A stretch of 64,000 bases of DNA. Origin: Octopus bimaculoides. Taxonomy: Eukaryota. This document shows, one piece after another, positions 25,920 through 39,527 of the stretch (its first letter is position 1; each line of letters starts with the position of its first letter). The DNA lies in NCBI RefSeq assembly GCF_001194135.2, contig NC_068983.1, positions 9,553,524 to 9,617,523 of the forward strand, read 5' to 3'. Both the position numbers and the translations under genes were made by a program. A model generated the notes under the pieces. It made no database searches. It worked only from the letters and a program-made list of their open reading frames with translations, and was not told the DNA's origin.

Positions 25920-26228
25920 NNNNNNNNNNNNNNNNNNNNNNNNNNNNNNNNNNNNNNNNNNNNNNNNNNNNNNNNNNNNNNNNNNNNNNNNNNNNNNNNN
26001 NNNNNNNNNNNNNNNNNNNNNNNNNNNNNNNNNNNNNNNNNNNNNNNNNNNNNNNNNNNNNNNNNNNNNNNNNNNNNNNNNNNNNNNNNNNNNNNNNNNN
26101 NNNNNNNNNNNNNNNNNNNNNNNNNNNNNNNNNNNNNNNNNNNNNNNNNNNNNNNNNNNNNNNNNNNNNNNNNNTTTTGAATGCGACGAAAGTTTGTTTA
26201 CATTCGTGGAGCTTAGTTTAATAAATAC

Positions 26229-26376
26229 GGTAAGTAGCTTGCTTACCAATCATATGGTTCCGGGTTCAGTCCCACTGCCTGCATGGCACCTTGAGCAAGT
26301 GTCTTCTACTGTAGCCTCGGGCCGACCAAAGCCTTGTGAGTGGATTTGGTAGACGGAAACTGAAAGAAGCCCGTCG

Positions 26377-26424
<48 letters not shown>
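26229..26424 (+). mobile_element. SINE family A, 5' half ending in (TA)(TG)n
   Basis: High identity to 23113-23270. Confidence 0.9.
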
Positions 26425-26425
<1 letters not shown>

Positions 26426-26778
26426 ATGGAAATTAGATTATCAACAACTGTGCTAGCTAGATATATGACTGCTTTACACCACTGCTGATGCACCCTATTC
26501 ATCAGGTAAGAAAGCAGGAGACGTGTTTGAGAACCAATTTACAACCCGTGAAACAATTCATCTGGAAACTCTCTTCATCTGTGTTTTTTTTTCTTTTTGG
26601 CTTCTTTTTTCTTTGCAGCATATCAATAAGATGGAAACAATCTCTTTACATTCGTATTTCACCCACAGTAAGGCTTTGTAATATTTAAATTTATTTCAGT
26701 TCTGCTCCTGTGTTTTGTGTGCGTACACGCACACATGTACATACACACACACACATAAATACTAGATAGATAGATAGG

Positions 26779-26835
<57 letters not shown>

Positions 26836-27172
26836 GTTTTTGTTGGAACGGTGTTATCACACAAAGAAAAAGACTCTCAGAGGTCCAGCTTTTGAGTTTT
26901 CTTTCATTTTCCTTTCATTCCAACTCTTTACGCTTTGAAACTGCTCATCCGATATTTGCTGTAACTCAGTAGCAATAAAACTTTAGTTTCAATTCTATGT
27001 ATATCCACGCAGGCAGTAACGTTTACTTTAGTTTTTGTTATAGTGTCTTTTTTATCTTTTTAAGATTGTGTAAGATATCGCAGATTAAGTCTTTTAGGAG
27101 TTTTACAAAATCGGTAAACCTATTTTGAAGTTATGAGTTGTTCAAATAATTCCATATGTGGAACATAATGGT

Positions 27173-27290
<118 letters not shown>

Positions 27291-28551
27291 GAGGTATTCT
27301 TATTGTAGTTTCCATCCTAAAGTATTTATAAGCAATCGACGGACGATATAATATCATGACTATCAGAGATGGTAAACAGTAATCAATTGGATATATTTGA
27401 CTAATTACGTCGACCAATTACTCGTCAAAGTTTCTCCTGCTTCAAGGTTGTGTTAATGTGGAAACGAACTACCTCGAAGTAGAAAAAGTCTGTCTCAGGT
27501 AAAAAAAAAAAAAACTAGGAAAATTGGAAAGAGAATTATGCATTTAAGCAATAATAATTCAGTGATGTATGTAGGGAAGTGGCCTGTGTTTAATTCTTTG
27601 CTAATGTAAATTACCAGAATCAGGTAAAAAGAAATATGGTTGGTCTCCACTTTTGTATTACGTTGTTCTTAAGATGTTAGCAATGGTTGTCGTGGTTTCA
27701 TTTGTTAATGCGTTGCCAGTAATAAGTTTATATTAGCCTCCTTCTGTTGTGTTTATCTACGTCTTGATCTATTATTTCGAATTTCTTTGTTTATCATTGA
27801 AATTTATTCTTTCTTTTAGCTTTTGTTCTTCTGATATTCTAAGGTGAAAAATTCCTTGACACCATAACATGTTTATTGAGGTGTTCTTGCTTGTTTTCTA
27901 ATTTCTCCTGGCTTAAATTGTTTCCCTCAAAAGATATACTGTTTATCTTTTTTTGTTTTTTTTTTTTCTAATCTATGGTTCAGTGATTGCTGATTACATT
28001 GTTCTTGATATCCTGTATATCTCATTTCCTTCTTTATTCTATAAATTTCTTTAGCATCCTGTGCATTTACGTGATTTTGCCTAGCGTTTAATTTTCGATT
28101 TTGGTTCGTTTTTTATATTTTAAAGTTCTTTCCTGTTTTGTTAGATTTCGATGACTGATAGTTACGGTTCGCTGTTTCTATATATTGCTTTTACATTTAA
28201 TCTATCATATGCTTTCATGTGCGCATGTGTACGGGTGTGAGAAAGAGAGAAAGAGGAGAGGGAGAGAAAGTGAGAGAGAGACAAACAGAAAGAGAGAAAG
28301 GGACGGATTGAGAGGGACTGTGTGCGGGCGGGTGGGCGCGACGTATTTAATATACGTACGCCAGACTAAAAGTTATTGAGTGCGTTTTTAAACATTTTAT
28401 TTCATTTCCACATATATATGTATGTGTATATGAGTGTGTATGTGCGTATGTGAGAGTGTGTGCGTGCGTGTGTGCTTGTGAGTGTGTGAGTGTGTGTGTG
28501 CGTGTATGTATGTATGTGTATATATATATATATACATATATTTATATACAT

Positions 28552-28587
<36 letters not shown>

Positions 28588-29875
28588 CTTTCAACATTTC
28601 TATATGCTTATATACATACTTAGCTATATATATACGTTAATATGAATTTAGTTCCATGCGTGCATGTCAATGAATAAATGAAAAATGGCGTCCAAAAGCA
28701 TACAACAACACAACGAAATAAATATGGGAAGCAAACAATAAAAATGATAACAGGAAGAAACCCCTTCAAGCGACAATGTAAAATGATAACAAATAACATT
28801 GAGAACCAACCAATGGGAACGGTATCCATAGACAAAGAACTCAGAACGATGTATTATAAAATGAGCCCCGATGCTTGAGCGGAGATGTTTCTTAGCACAA
28901 ATTCGCGACTACGTGAAATTGGTATCATGAAAAAATTTATCTTATATGAANNNNNNNNNNNNNNNNNNNNNNNNNNNNNNNNNNNNNNNNNNNNNNNNNN
29001 NNNNNNNNNNNNNNNNNNNNNNNNNNNNNNNNNNNNNNNNNNNNNNNNNNNNNNNNNNNNNNNNNNNNNNNNNNNNNNNNNNNNNNNNNNNNNNNNNNNN
29101 NNNNNNNNNNNNNNNNNNNNNNNNNNNNNNNNNNNNNNNNNNNNNNNNNNNNNNNNNNNNNNNNNNNNNNNNNNNNNNNNNNNNNNNNNNNNNNNNNNNN
29201 NNNNNNNNNNNNNNNNNNNNNNNNNNNNNNNNNNNNNNNNNNNNNNNNNNNNNNNNNNNNNNNNNNNNNNNNNNNNNNNNNNNNNNNNNNNNNNNNNNNN
29301 NNNNNNNNNNNNNNNNNNNNNNNNNNNNNNNNNNNNNNNNNNNNNNNNNNNNNNNNNNNNNNNNNNNNNNNNNNNNNNNNNNNNNNNNNNNNNNNNNNNN
29401 NNNNNNNNNNNNNNNNNNNNNNNNNNNNNNNNNNNNNNNNNNNNNNNNNNNNNNNNNNNNNNNNNNNNNNNNNNNNNNNNNNNNNNNNNNNNNNNNNNNN
29501 NNNNNNNNNNNNNNNNNNNNNNNNNNNNNNNNNNNNNNNNNNNNNNNNNNNNNNNNNNNNNNNNNNNNNNNNNNNNNNNNNNNNNNNNNNNNNNNNNNNN
29601 NNNNNNNNNNNNNNNNNTATATATATACATAGGTAGGTAGGTAGGTATGTTTGTAGGTAGGTAGGTATGTATATGCAAATAGATTAAACGAAATAAGCAA
29701 AAGAACATATATAAAGAAAATTTGTGATGCAAAAAGCATTGAAATCGGTCAAAGAACTGTTCAAATCAGTCTTAGACAACAAGCACACATACTTATGTCT
29801 TTCTCTCTCATTGTTAGTCTTTTTGTAACTACATCAAAAAGAATATTTATTACGCTGTCTTTCTCTCCCCCTCTT

Positions 29876-29910
<35 letters not shown>

Positions 29911-29958
29911 GTCTCTAACTCTCTCTATAACTGCATATACATATATGCGTGAGTGAAC

Positions 29959-30013
<55 letters not shown>

Positions 30014-30175
30014 TATATGTATATATATATATAATGTGCGTATATATATATATATATATATCTATACACACACAGACACACAACGACTAAGCATCTTCTT
30101 GAATGAAGTAAATCAATTTGTGGTGCAAGAAAACTGAAAAAAAATGTTTTTAAATCAATAATAGAATATATTCTC

Positions 30176-30300
30176 TTTAAGCCTATTATTTATTCCGTCG
30201 GTCTATTTTGCCGAAGCGTAAAGTTACGGGGACGTAAACACACAAACATCGGTTGTCCAGCGATGTTGGGGTGACAAACACAGACACACAAATACATACA
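30176..30300 (-). mobile_element. SINE family A body fragment, runs into (TA)n and a gap
   Basis: gttacggggacgtaaacacac..catcggttgtc matches 21380-21415. Confidence 0.8.
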
Positions 30301-30917
30301 TATACGCATATATATATATATATAAATATATATANNNNNNNNNNNNNNNNNNNNNNNNNNNNNNNNNNNNNNNNNNNNNNNNNNNNNNNNNNNNNNNNNN
30401 NNNNNNNNNNNNNNNNNNNNNNNNNNNNNNNNNNNNNNNNNNNNNNNNNNNNNNNNNNNNNNNNNNNNNNNNNNNNNNNNNNNNNNNNNNNNNNNNNNNN
30501 NNNNNNNNNNNNNNNNNNNNNNNNNNNNNNNNNNNNNNNNNNNNNNNNNNNNNNNNNNNNNNNNNNNNNNNNNNNNNNNNNNNNNNNNNNNNNNNNNNNN
30601 NNNNNNNNNNNNNNNNNNNNNNNNNNNNNNNNNNNNNNNNNNNNNNNNNNNNNNNNNNNNNNNNNNNNNNNNNNNNNNNNNNNNNNNNNNNNNNNNNNNN
30701 NNNNNNNNNNNNNNNNNNNNNNNNNNNNNNNNNNNNNNNNNNNNNNNNNNNNNNNNNNNNNNNNNNNNNNNNNNNNNNNNNNNNNNNNNNNNNNNNNNNN
30801 NNNNNNNNNNNNNNNNNNNNNNNNNNNNNNNNNNNNNNNNNNNNNNNNNNNNNNNNNNNNNNNNNNNNNNNNNNNNNNNNNNNNNNNNNNNNNNNNNNNN
30901 NNNNNNNNNNNNNNNNN

Positions 30918-30949
<32 letters not shown>

Positions 30950-30991
30950 TGTATGTATATATAAGTATGTATGTATGTATGTATGTATGTA

Positions 30992-31550
30992 CGAGGGGGA
31001 TACTGAAAGTAAACCGCAATATTATTTTATTCACTTAGTTTTACATGTTTACACTTTTATCGAGTTCAAAGTATTCTCCATTTGAAGCAGAGTATCGGTC
31101 CAGCCGTGTTTTCCACTATTCGAAGCAATGCTAGAACTTTTGCGAAATGATACCTTTTAACTCCTCCGTCTTTTCCACATTTACAGATTGTGTAGCACAA
31201 ACTTTTGTTACCAGTGATGACCTTCAAAGAAATAAAAAGGTCGAGATCAACTTCCAGCTATTCTTTCAGCTCACGACTCGTATTCAGTCGTGACTGCTTT
31301 TGATGTTCCTTGAGCAAGCGAAGCACAAATTTCGCAATTCCTCGCTCAAAATTCAATAGTAGGAGTTTCAGGACACACAGGTTATATCAACAAGTTCGTC
31401 AATTGTTCGATGACGTTCCTCCAAGATCAGTTCACGAATTTTCATGATGTTTTCATTCGTTCGGGAGGTCGACGGTCGTCCTGAACTGGGTTGGTCTTCA
31501 AGCGACAAGTGACCATTCCTAAAGCGTGGAAACCACACGTAAACTTGAAA
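30992..31550 (-). mobile_element. Decayed, internally deleted mariner transposon
   Basis: TA followed by CGAGGGGGATACTGAAAGT terminus; minus-strand peptides WFPRFRNGHLSLEDQPSSGRPSTS (HTH), AKFVLRLLKEHQKQ, KVITGNKSLCY (first catalytic D motif, mutated) and C-terminal NGEYFE; stops and frameshifts present. Confidence 0.9.
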
Positions 31551-31555
31551 TAGCG

Positions 31556-31712
31556 GGGTAGATTTTCGATCAAATGGGATTGTAAGGAGGGAGAGGAGAA
31601 AAAAGGCGATCAATAGGGATCCTGTATCACAGCAATGTTCTGGTGTAAAAGGGGGAACAGCTTAGGTTTACCCGTGGAAAGAAAAGCCTACGGAAAAGAC
31701 CACGTCAATCTT
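31556..31712 (-). mobile_element. Fragment of a probable non-LTR retrotransposon 3' UTR
   Basis: Shares tttcgatcaaa.gggat and ggcgatcaatagggatc.tgtatcacag with 63890-64000. Confidence 0.65.
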
Positions 31713-32357
31713 GGCCAATATTATCATTGTCATTGTCATTGAAAAAACACATTACAGTAAGTGACTCTCTGTTTACCGTTTTTATCTCGTTTACAGGATT
31801 ATGCTCAAGGTGGGTCCGTCACTCACACGTGCTATCTTTGCTTATGCAAGTATATTTATATGACTATATTTAGACATATTTATATGTGCGCGGGTATATG
31901 TGCGTCTATTGCTTATATTTATTACTGTGCATCGAAGTGCATGCATATGAGCATGTATATATTTACATGTCCTCAACAGTTTCTATGTATATGTGCGTCA
32001 ACATGCTATTGTTGTATTCATTTGTACATTAATATATTACAATATGTGTATTTTAAACTCTATGTCCACATAACTTACTCTATTTAAATGATGTATTAAC
32101 ATTCAAATCCTGCTTTCAGAAACACATAAATACTCATACCCATGCACATACACACACATGCTGACATGCACGCGCACATACACACACGTGAACATCTGTA
32201 ATAGAAAAAAGTTGGCAAACATTGCAATAAAAGGGGAGAAAAATTGTTCAATACAATTCTCATTTAACTGTCAACTATTGATAAATTGCGCAATGTGCAT
32301 GGAGATACAGCCGTAGTTGTAAACCAATTTACAGGGGTATTTATTTTATTTTCATTC

Positions 32358-33425
32358 TCCTTCAATTCTTTATAAGTATGTTCGTATGATATGATTAATT
32401 TCACTAATTCTTCTCAATTCTCTAGCTAGCTGTTTAGATATGTATTACAAAGTCAATACTACATGATAAAAATGAAGGCAAGAAATAAAAATGGATAACT
32501 TAAAGATGAAAGAACCATGTCTAATTACTTTATTCAGTTTGTATAAGTGTAAGTATGTATGTATGCGTCTACGTATGGATGTATGCATACATATAAGCAT
32601 ACATTTATGATATACATATATATATATGTATATATATATATATNNNNNNNNNNNNNNNNNNNNNNNNNNNNNNNNNNNNNNNNNNNNNNNNNNNNNNNNN
32701 NNNNNNNNNNNNNNNNNNNNNNNNNNNNNNNNNNNNNNNNNNNNNNNNNNNNNNNNNNNNNNNNNNNNNNNNNNNNNNNNNNNNNNNNNNNNNNNNNNNN
32801 NNNNNNNNNNNNNNNNNNNNNNNNNNNNNNNNNNNNNNNNNNNNNNNNNNNNNNNNNNNNNNNNNNNNNNNNNNNNNNNNNNNNNNNNNNNNNNNNNNNN
32901 NNNNNNNNNNNNNNNNNNNNNNNNNNNNNNNNNNNNNNNNNNNNNNNNNNNNNNNNNNNNNNNNNNNNNNNNNNNNNNNNNNNNNNNNNNNNNNNNNNNN
33001 NNNNNNNNNNNNNNNNNNNNNNNNNNNNNNNNNNNNNNNNNNNNNNNNNNNNNNNNNNNNNNNNNNNNNNNNNNNNNNNNNNNNNNNNNNNNNNNNNNNN
33101 NNNNNNNNNNNNNNNNNNNNNNNNNNNNNNNNNNNNNNNNNNNNNNNNNNNNNNTCCTTCAATTCTTTATAAGTATGTTCGTATGATATGATTAATTTCA
33201 CTAATTCTTCTCAATTCTCTAGCTAGCTGTTTAGATATGTATTACAAAGTCAATACTACATGATAAAAATGAAGGCAAGAAATAAAAATGGATAACTTAA
33301 AGATGAAAGAACCATGTCTAATTACTTTATTCAGTTTGTATAAGTGTAAGTATGTATGTATGCGTCTACGTATGGATGTATGCATACATATAAGCATACA
33401 TTTATGATATACATATATATATATG
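32358..33425. other. Identical 271-bp sequence on both sides of a gap, likely unmerged contig overlap
   Basis: 32358-32628 equals 33155-33425, and the second copy starts exactly at the gap edge. Confidence 0.85.
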
Positions 33426-34113
33426 CATATATACGAAATAAAATTTCCTATTGCATTCTCTTATCTCAATGTTGATTTATGATACACAGGAAAACGTGCA
33501 ATAAAAAACGCCAGAAGCTTTGTTCCATAGTGCTGTGTTATACATCTGTGTGTGTGTGTATGTGTATTTGCATATATGTATGCCTGTGCGAGTGTGTGTT
33601 TGTGACTGCGTGTACGTATATTTATATGCATACTTATATATGAATGTAAGTATGTATTTTATTGCAATTGTTTCTTGTGAGAAATCCTTGATCATATATT
33701 TGTTTTAGCTCAAATAGCAATAAAATCTTTTAATTTAATTATAATATAAACATCTACGCATGCATTAAAAGTCACTTTATCTTTGTTGTAGTATATTTTA
33801 AAGAAGATTCGTCGTAAAGATCTTCGACGGGCTTTAAAGAATTGTACAAAATGGAGTTACTGATAACACTGTGAACGGAACATAATTTAGTTGTTCTTCA
33901 TCCTATTGGTGTGTTCAGCTCTCATTTGAGCAGCAATACGACAACTTCGTATCAACCGAACCAGATAATATATACAACAATATTACAAATCTATTTTCCC
34001 AAACATAAGGTTTATATTCATAAACATTGCACAATCTGACTTGCAATCATAAATCGTATGGCGTGCATTATGGAAGTTTGGACACATTGCACTCTCTCTT
34101 TCTCTCACTCTCA

Positions 34114-34214
<101 letters not shown>

Positions 34215-34609
34215 CTCAATGCAGCGCTGATAATGACGTATTTTACTCGGTCAATCGGTCTGACAAGAGTACGGCAAAATCTCCTTAAAATCTGAACTAA
34301 AGATAGTGGAAAAAATGGTCTTAAGTATAATATTGAAGAAAATACCTGGTCACAGACTGAATAACAAGGGAAGGTAGTAACTTCATTACAATGAACAGGT
34401 AGGAATTTTCGGCTATCTGTTTTTGACCTCTCAGAATAATCCTCATCGACTGGAACTGTCATCCAAAACATGCCAGAAATTGCTTTTCCTTCTTGTGTGA
34501 ATGCACGTGGTTGAGAGAAGGGGGGGAGGTGTTTTTTGTATGTATATTAGGGACTACATTATGTGGTGTATTCTTCTTTATTTATGATAGTGATGTATAA
34601 TTTGAGAGT

Positions 34610-34975
34610 GGAGGCGCAATGGCCCAGTGGTTAGGGCAGCGGACTCGCGGTCATAAAATCGCGGTTTCGATTCCCAGACCGGGCCTTGTGAGTGTTTATT
34701 GAGCGAAAACACCTAAAGCTCCACAAGGCTCCGGCAGGGGATGGTGGCGAACCCTGCTGTACTCTTCCACCACAACTTTCTCTCACTCTTTCTTCCTGTT
34801 TCTGTTGTGCCTGTAATTCAAAGGGTCAGCCTTGTCACACTGTGTCACGCTGAATATCCCCGAGAACTACGTGTCTGTGGAGTGCTCAGCCACTTGCACG
34901 TTAATTTCACGAACAGGCTGTTCCGTTGATTAGATTAACTGGAACCCTCGATGTCGTAAGCGACGGTGTGCCAAC
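34610..34975 (+). mobile_element. SINE family B, full length, 14-bp TSD with 1 mismatch
   Basis: tgtataatttgaga at 34594-34607 and tgtataatctgaga at 34979-34992. Confidence 0.92.
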
Positions 34976-35595
34976 ATCTGTATAATCTGAGACAATAGCG
35001 GCTGCAATTTAAATTAGGGCCAGGGACCGAGGGACGTCGTAGGAAGAAAATTTACAGCGACCGACTATATTCGTCGGTTTCAATGTAATCCCTGTAATAA
35101 TCCCCGTGGCCGTTACATATCATTAATACATGTATACCAGCTATGAAGCAATCGAATATACCCACTGACTACATGACTTTCTACCAATATAAGTTATTGT
35201 TCAATTCCAATGTATGGGTATACAATGTATACGTAAGTACAAACACACACACATATACGTAGCTGGATACGCTACTATCTTCCTTAGAACTGATGTTAAG
35301 GAACTAAATGCCACGAAACCAGCAAGTGTCTACGAGAGATTGCATCTGCAAGCCATCAAAGGCATACAAAATATCTTAGATTTTCAAATCGTTCACCATG
35401 TAATAAGTAGATACGCATATAAGCAATATATAGACATGCAAACACATATCTGTGTTGACATTACGTTAGTAGAAACATCAGACCCACATATGCACCAACT
35501 TCCATATGTGCATCCATTTAAGCATGCCCACATATATATGTACATGCATTCATGTTTATATGCATACGTATATATATACATGCACACACGTGTGG

Positions 35596-35643
<48 letters not shown>

Positions 35644-35678
35644 GAGTATGCATACATATACACGACTATTTTTTAACC

Positions 35679-36040
35679 TTTTCTTGTTTCACTCACTGGA
35701 TTGTAGCCATGAAGGTGCACCACCTTGAAGGGTTTCGTCAAATAAATCGACCTCAGTACTTATTTTTTTAAAGCCTATTATCCATTCCATCGGTTTCTTT
35801 TGCCGAACCTTTAATCCACGGTGACATAAACAAACCAACATCGACTGTGATGCCGGTGGGTGGAGGCAAACGAGTACAAACACAGAGGATTCTCTCAATT
35901 TCGATCTGCCAAATCCGCACTCCAGGCCTTTGTGGATGTGAGGCTATAGTATAAGGCACCTGTCCAAGATGGCACGCTGTGGGACCGAACCAGAACCATG
36001 TGGTTAGAATACAAACTTCTTACCACACAGCTACGCCTGC
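35679..36040 (-). mobile_element. Old full-length family A copy without an expanded internal microsatellite
   Basis: Tail, body and head co-linear with 21243-21643 but more diverged. Confidence 0.8.
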
Positions 36041-36977
36041 TATTTCAACAAGACCCTGTCGATGTTGAAGCTCTAATGAAAGAAACTGGTAACTAGGTTA
36101 GATACCGTTTCTTTCCCTATTGGCAAGAAATCTTGAAATAAAAGTAATTATCATGTACATACATACATACATACGTACATACATACATACACACAAAGAC
36201 CTCACCGTTGATGTTACTGAATTCCAGAGAAACAGATTCGTTTCTACGATAGCATCCAGCTCTTTCTCCATTGGTAAGAAATACGAACATTAACTCGAAC
36301 ACTAAGTACACGTAACGACAGATTTGCAAAAACTTTGAAATTCTAGAGAATTTTAACGAAAACGAAACGCAAAGCAAACAAACTCACATCCTGTAAATCT
36401 AATTTCGAGAGAGGTAGAAAGACATACACAGGATGTATTTTAGTGTAAATTTGAGATACAATTTAACATTATATCTAGGTTGAAACTTCCTGGTAAATGT
36501 TAGTAAAATGTTTCAAGTGAATCTATATAAATGCACCAGTATATTATAGATCATATACTCACGCAAGTGTCATTATATGTTATTATCAAGTAATTTTGAA
36601 TCTTTTCAGCTGCTTGAATTTGTAAACAACGAAGGTCTAATAGGCTTACATCAATGAAAACGTTGTGCAACCATACTTTTGGCTAGCATTGATGCAGTGT
36701 TATTAGAGAAACGTTAACAAACCTTTAGACGAACGGAAGTATTGGATTAGGAAACTATAATGGCATACGTGGCGTTATTACTTCTTTGTTTTAGAATCCT
36801 GTAGTTGGAATCCTATTGATAATTTGTATGCACGTGTGTAGAATGTAGGAAAGCATGTTTGATTGGAATTATATAATACACATACGCGTATATATATACA
36901 CACAAACGCACACATACACACACATATATATGTATATATATGTATATATATATATTTATATATACATACATACATTC

Positions 36978-37013
<36 letters not shown>

Positions 37014-37421
37014 ATGCGTATCTATCTATAATTCTTTTCTCTCTTTTTCACTCTCTCTCTCTCTCTCTCTCTCTCTTGTTTTTCTCTCTATCACTCTCTG
37101 TTGCTTTCTATTTATTTCCCTTTCATCATATAAAAGCCTTACTATGTGTCCCAACTTCAGACGTTTGATCTGCGTAAACGTGATGCAATAAAGCGTTCTC
37201 TAATGAACTGTTGTAGATCAGAATCCAACTGCACTTGGACCATCCACTGTACAGAATGTAAATAACCAAAATATTGAAACGTACAGAGGGAACAAATGAT
37301 ATATACAGCATCGTATGTTTGTCATACTTTTTTATTTATTTACTCTGTTTATCATAACTAATAATACAATTCAGTATAGTAGAAACCATGGTACTTTACT
37401 AAATGTAGAATGTGTGTGTGT

Positions 37422-37492
<71 letters not shown>

Positions 37493-37739
37493 TGTGTGTG
37501 TGTGTGCAGATATGGTAGTTGTCTACTCCTTATGCAGAATCTGACGTGCCTCGCCTGTCTCCTCTCATGGCTCGTTCTCCTTGCGTTCATAATAATTTTT
37601 CCATCGTCTTGGCACAACAGCCCTCACCGTTTGGTTTTACTGTCTTGTTCTTCACTGTCTTGTTTTTACTGTTTTTATTGTTTTTACTGTCTTGTTCTCA
37701 CTGTCCTGTTCTTGTTAACATTTTCACCCTCCGCAAAAA

Positions 37740-37971
37740 ATCCCAAATTTTATTTTATTTGCTTTGCAGGAAGGACTGTTTCAAAGAAGTCACGTATTGT
37801 CCTTGCCTTCGAAACTCGGAGTAGATGAAACAGGGACACGTGACGAAGGGATATACTCTTTATGTTGCGTGTATCGTATCTCTGATTGTTCTTTTCGTTG
37901 TTTGAAAAAAAAGTTCGTTTTCTATGTTTTCGTTTCTCATTGTGTTTAACGTTTCTTTGATGTCCTGTACC
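37740..37971 (+). mobile_element. Old interspersed repeat 3' end, homologous to 49240-49414
   Basis: Shared cttcgaaac, tgaYgaag, ctYtatgt and terminal gtcctgtacc. Confidence 0.6.
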
Positions 37972-38089
37972 CATATGTGCATGTATATATACATATATAT
38001 GTAGGTATGTACATATATGTATGGATATATGCATGTATTTATATATTATTTATATTATTATATGATCGAACGCCACGCATCCTTTTCCA

Positions 38090-38165
<76 letters not shown>

Positions 38166-38166
<1 letters not shown>

Positions 38167-38216
38167 CTTTACTCTTTTACTTGTTTCAGTCTTTTTGACT
38201 GTGGCCATGCTGGAGC
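38166..38216 (-). mobile_element. SINE family A tail, rest in a gap
   Basis: actcttttacttgtttcagtc...gccatgctggagc. Confidence 0.85.
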
Positions 38217-39080
38217 NNNNNNNNNNNNNNNNNNNNNNNNNNNNNNNNNNNNNNNNNNNNNNNNNNNNNNNNNNNNNNNNNNNNNNNNNNNNNNNNNNNN
38301 NNNNNNNNNNNNNNNNNNNNNNNNNNNNNNNNNNNNNNNNNNNNNNNNNNNNNNNNNNNNNNNNNNNNNNNNNNNNNNNNNNNNNNNNNNNNNNNNNNNN
38401 NNNNNNNNNNNNNNNNNNNNNNNNNNNNNNNNNNNNNNNNNNNNNNNNNNNNNNNNNNNNNNNNNNNNNNNNNNNNNNNATATATATATATATATTGCAG
38501 AACCTACGAGAGCTACTCAGATTTATTGCAGGCGCTTCTACTTAATCCATTGCAGTGACGGAAACCCTTCCGCATCAACAATCATTTCGTTTATGATATT
38601 CCTATCCGTTTTCAGGATTCCTTGTGAGAAAATGTTGACGTCAGCCATCATATGAATTGCATTCCTAAGCAATGTAGCAATGACGTATATATTTCATATG
38701 TTACCATTTTCTGTCGTATCGTGATCATGTGTGTATAAATTATTCTCGATCCATAAATCTAATTTAATCCAAAGAGAGCATACATGTGAATCAAAGATAT
38801 TCCAACCGCCAAGTTTTGTATTTTGGAATATTGTATCCTGGAAGCGTTATTTTATTTATCCGTTTTTTTTTTGTCTTTTTTTTATGCGAAGGTAGAATAA
38901 TTTGGATTCTGTTTCTAGTAGATCAAGTGACTTATGTAAGAGTCCCCGTTAGTGAGCGGGTGTGTGGTATTACTAAACTCAAGTGCAAATGCAAACGAAA
39001 AGAGTATTGAAATTCCATGGTCTACAGTTATTTCTTTATTTATGAAATTCAAGTAGCAGCGTTTTTCTACACCTTACGTA

Positions 39081-39240
39081 CTGCCTTTTAGTCGAGCAAA
39101 TCGACCCCAGGACTTATTCTTTGGAAGCTTAGTACTTATTCTATCGGTCTCTTCTGCAGAACCGCTAAGTTACGGCGACGTAAACACACCAGCATCGGTT
39201 GCCAAGCGATGTTGGGGGGACAACAGACACACAAGCATAT

Positions 39241-39279
<39 letters not shown>

Positions 39280-39391
39280 NNNNNNNNNNGGTCGCCCCGA
39301 GGCTATAGTTGAAGGCACTTGCCCAAAGTGCCACGCAGTGGGACTGAACCCGGAACCATGTGGTTCGTAAGCAAGCTACTTACCACACAGC

Positions 39392-39394
<3 letters not shown>
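39081..39394 (-). mobile_element. SINE family A with a gap at its internal microsatellite
   Basis: Body at 39081-39250, (TA)n plus Ns, head at 39290-39394. Confidence 0.9.
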
Positions 39395-39433
<39 letters not shown>

Positions 39434-39482
39434 TCCGTGATTGTGCGTCTGTGTGTGAGTGTATATATATAGAGAGAGAGAG

Positions 39483-39527
<45 letters not shown>

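Noticed and set aside
28320-28355. GC box plus TATTTAA as a core promoter
   Set aside because: Single short motifs beside a GA-rich tract, with no supporting exon.
32358-33425. Direct repeat flanking a gap as an LTR pair or tandem duplication
   Set aside because: Perfect identity starting exactly at the gap edge is best explained by unmerged contig overlap.
35086-35104. Paired TAATCCC (K50 homeodomain) sites
   Set aside because: Too short to support without conservation data.
36065-36120. Hammerhead-like CUAAUGA...GAUA
   Set aside because: Both core segments are mutated and stem I does not pair.
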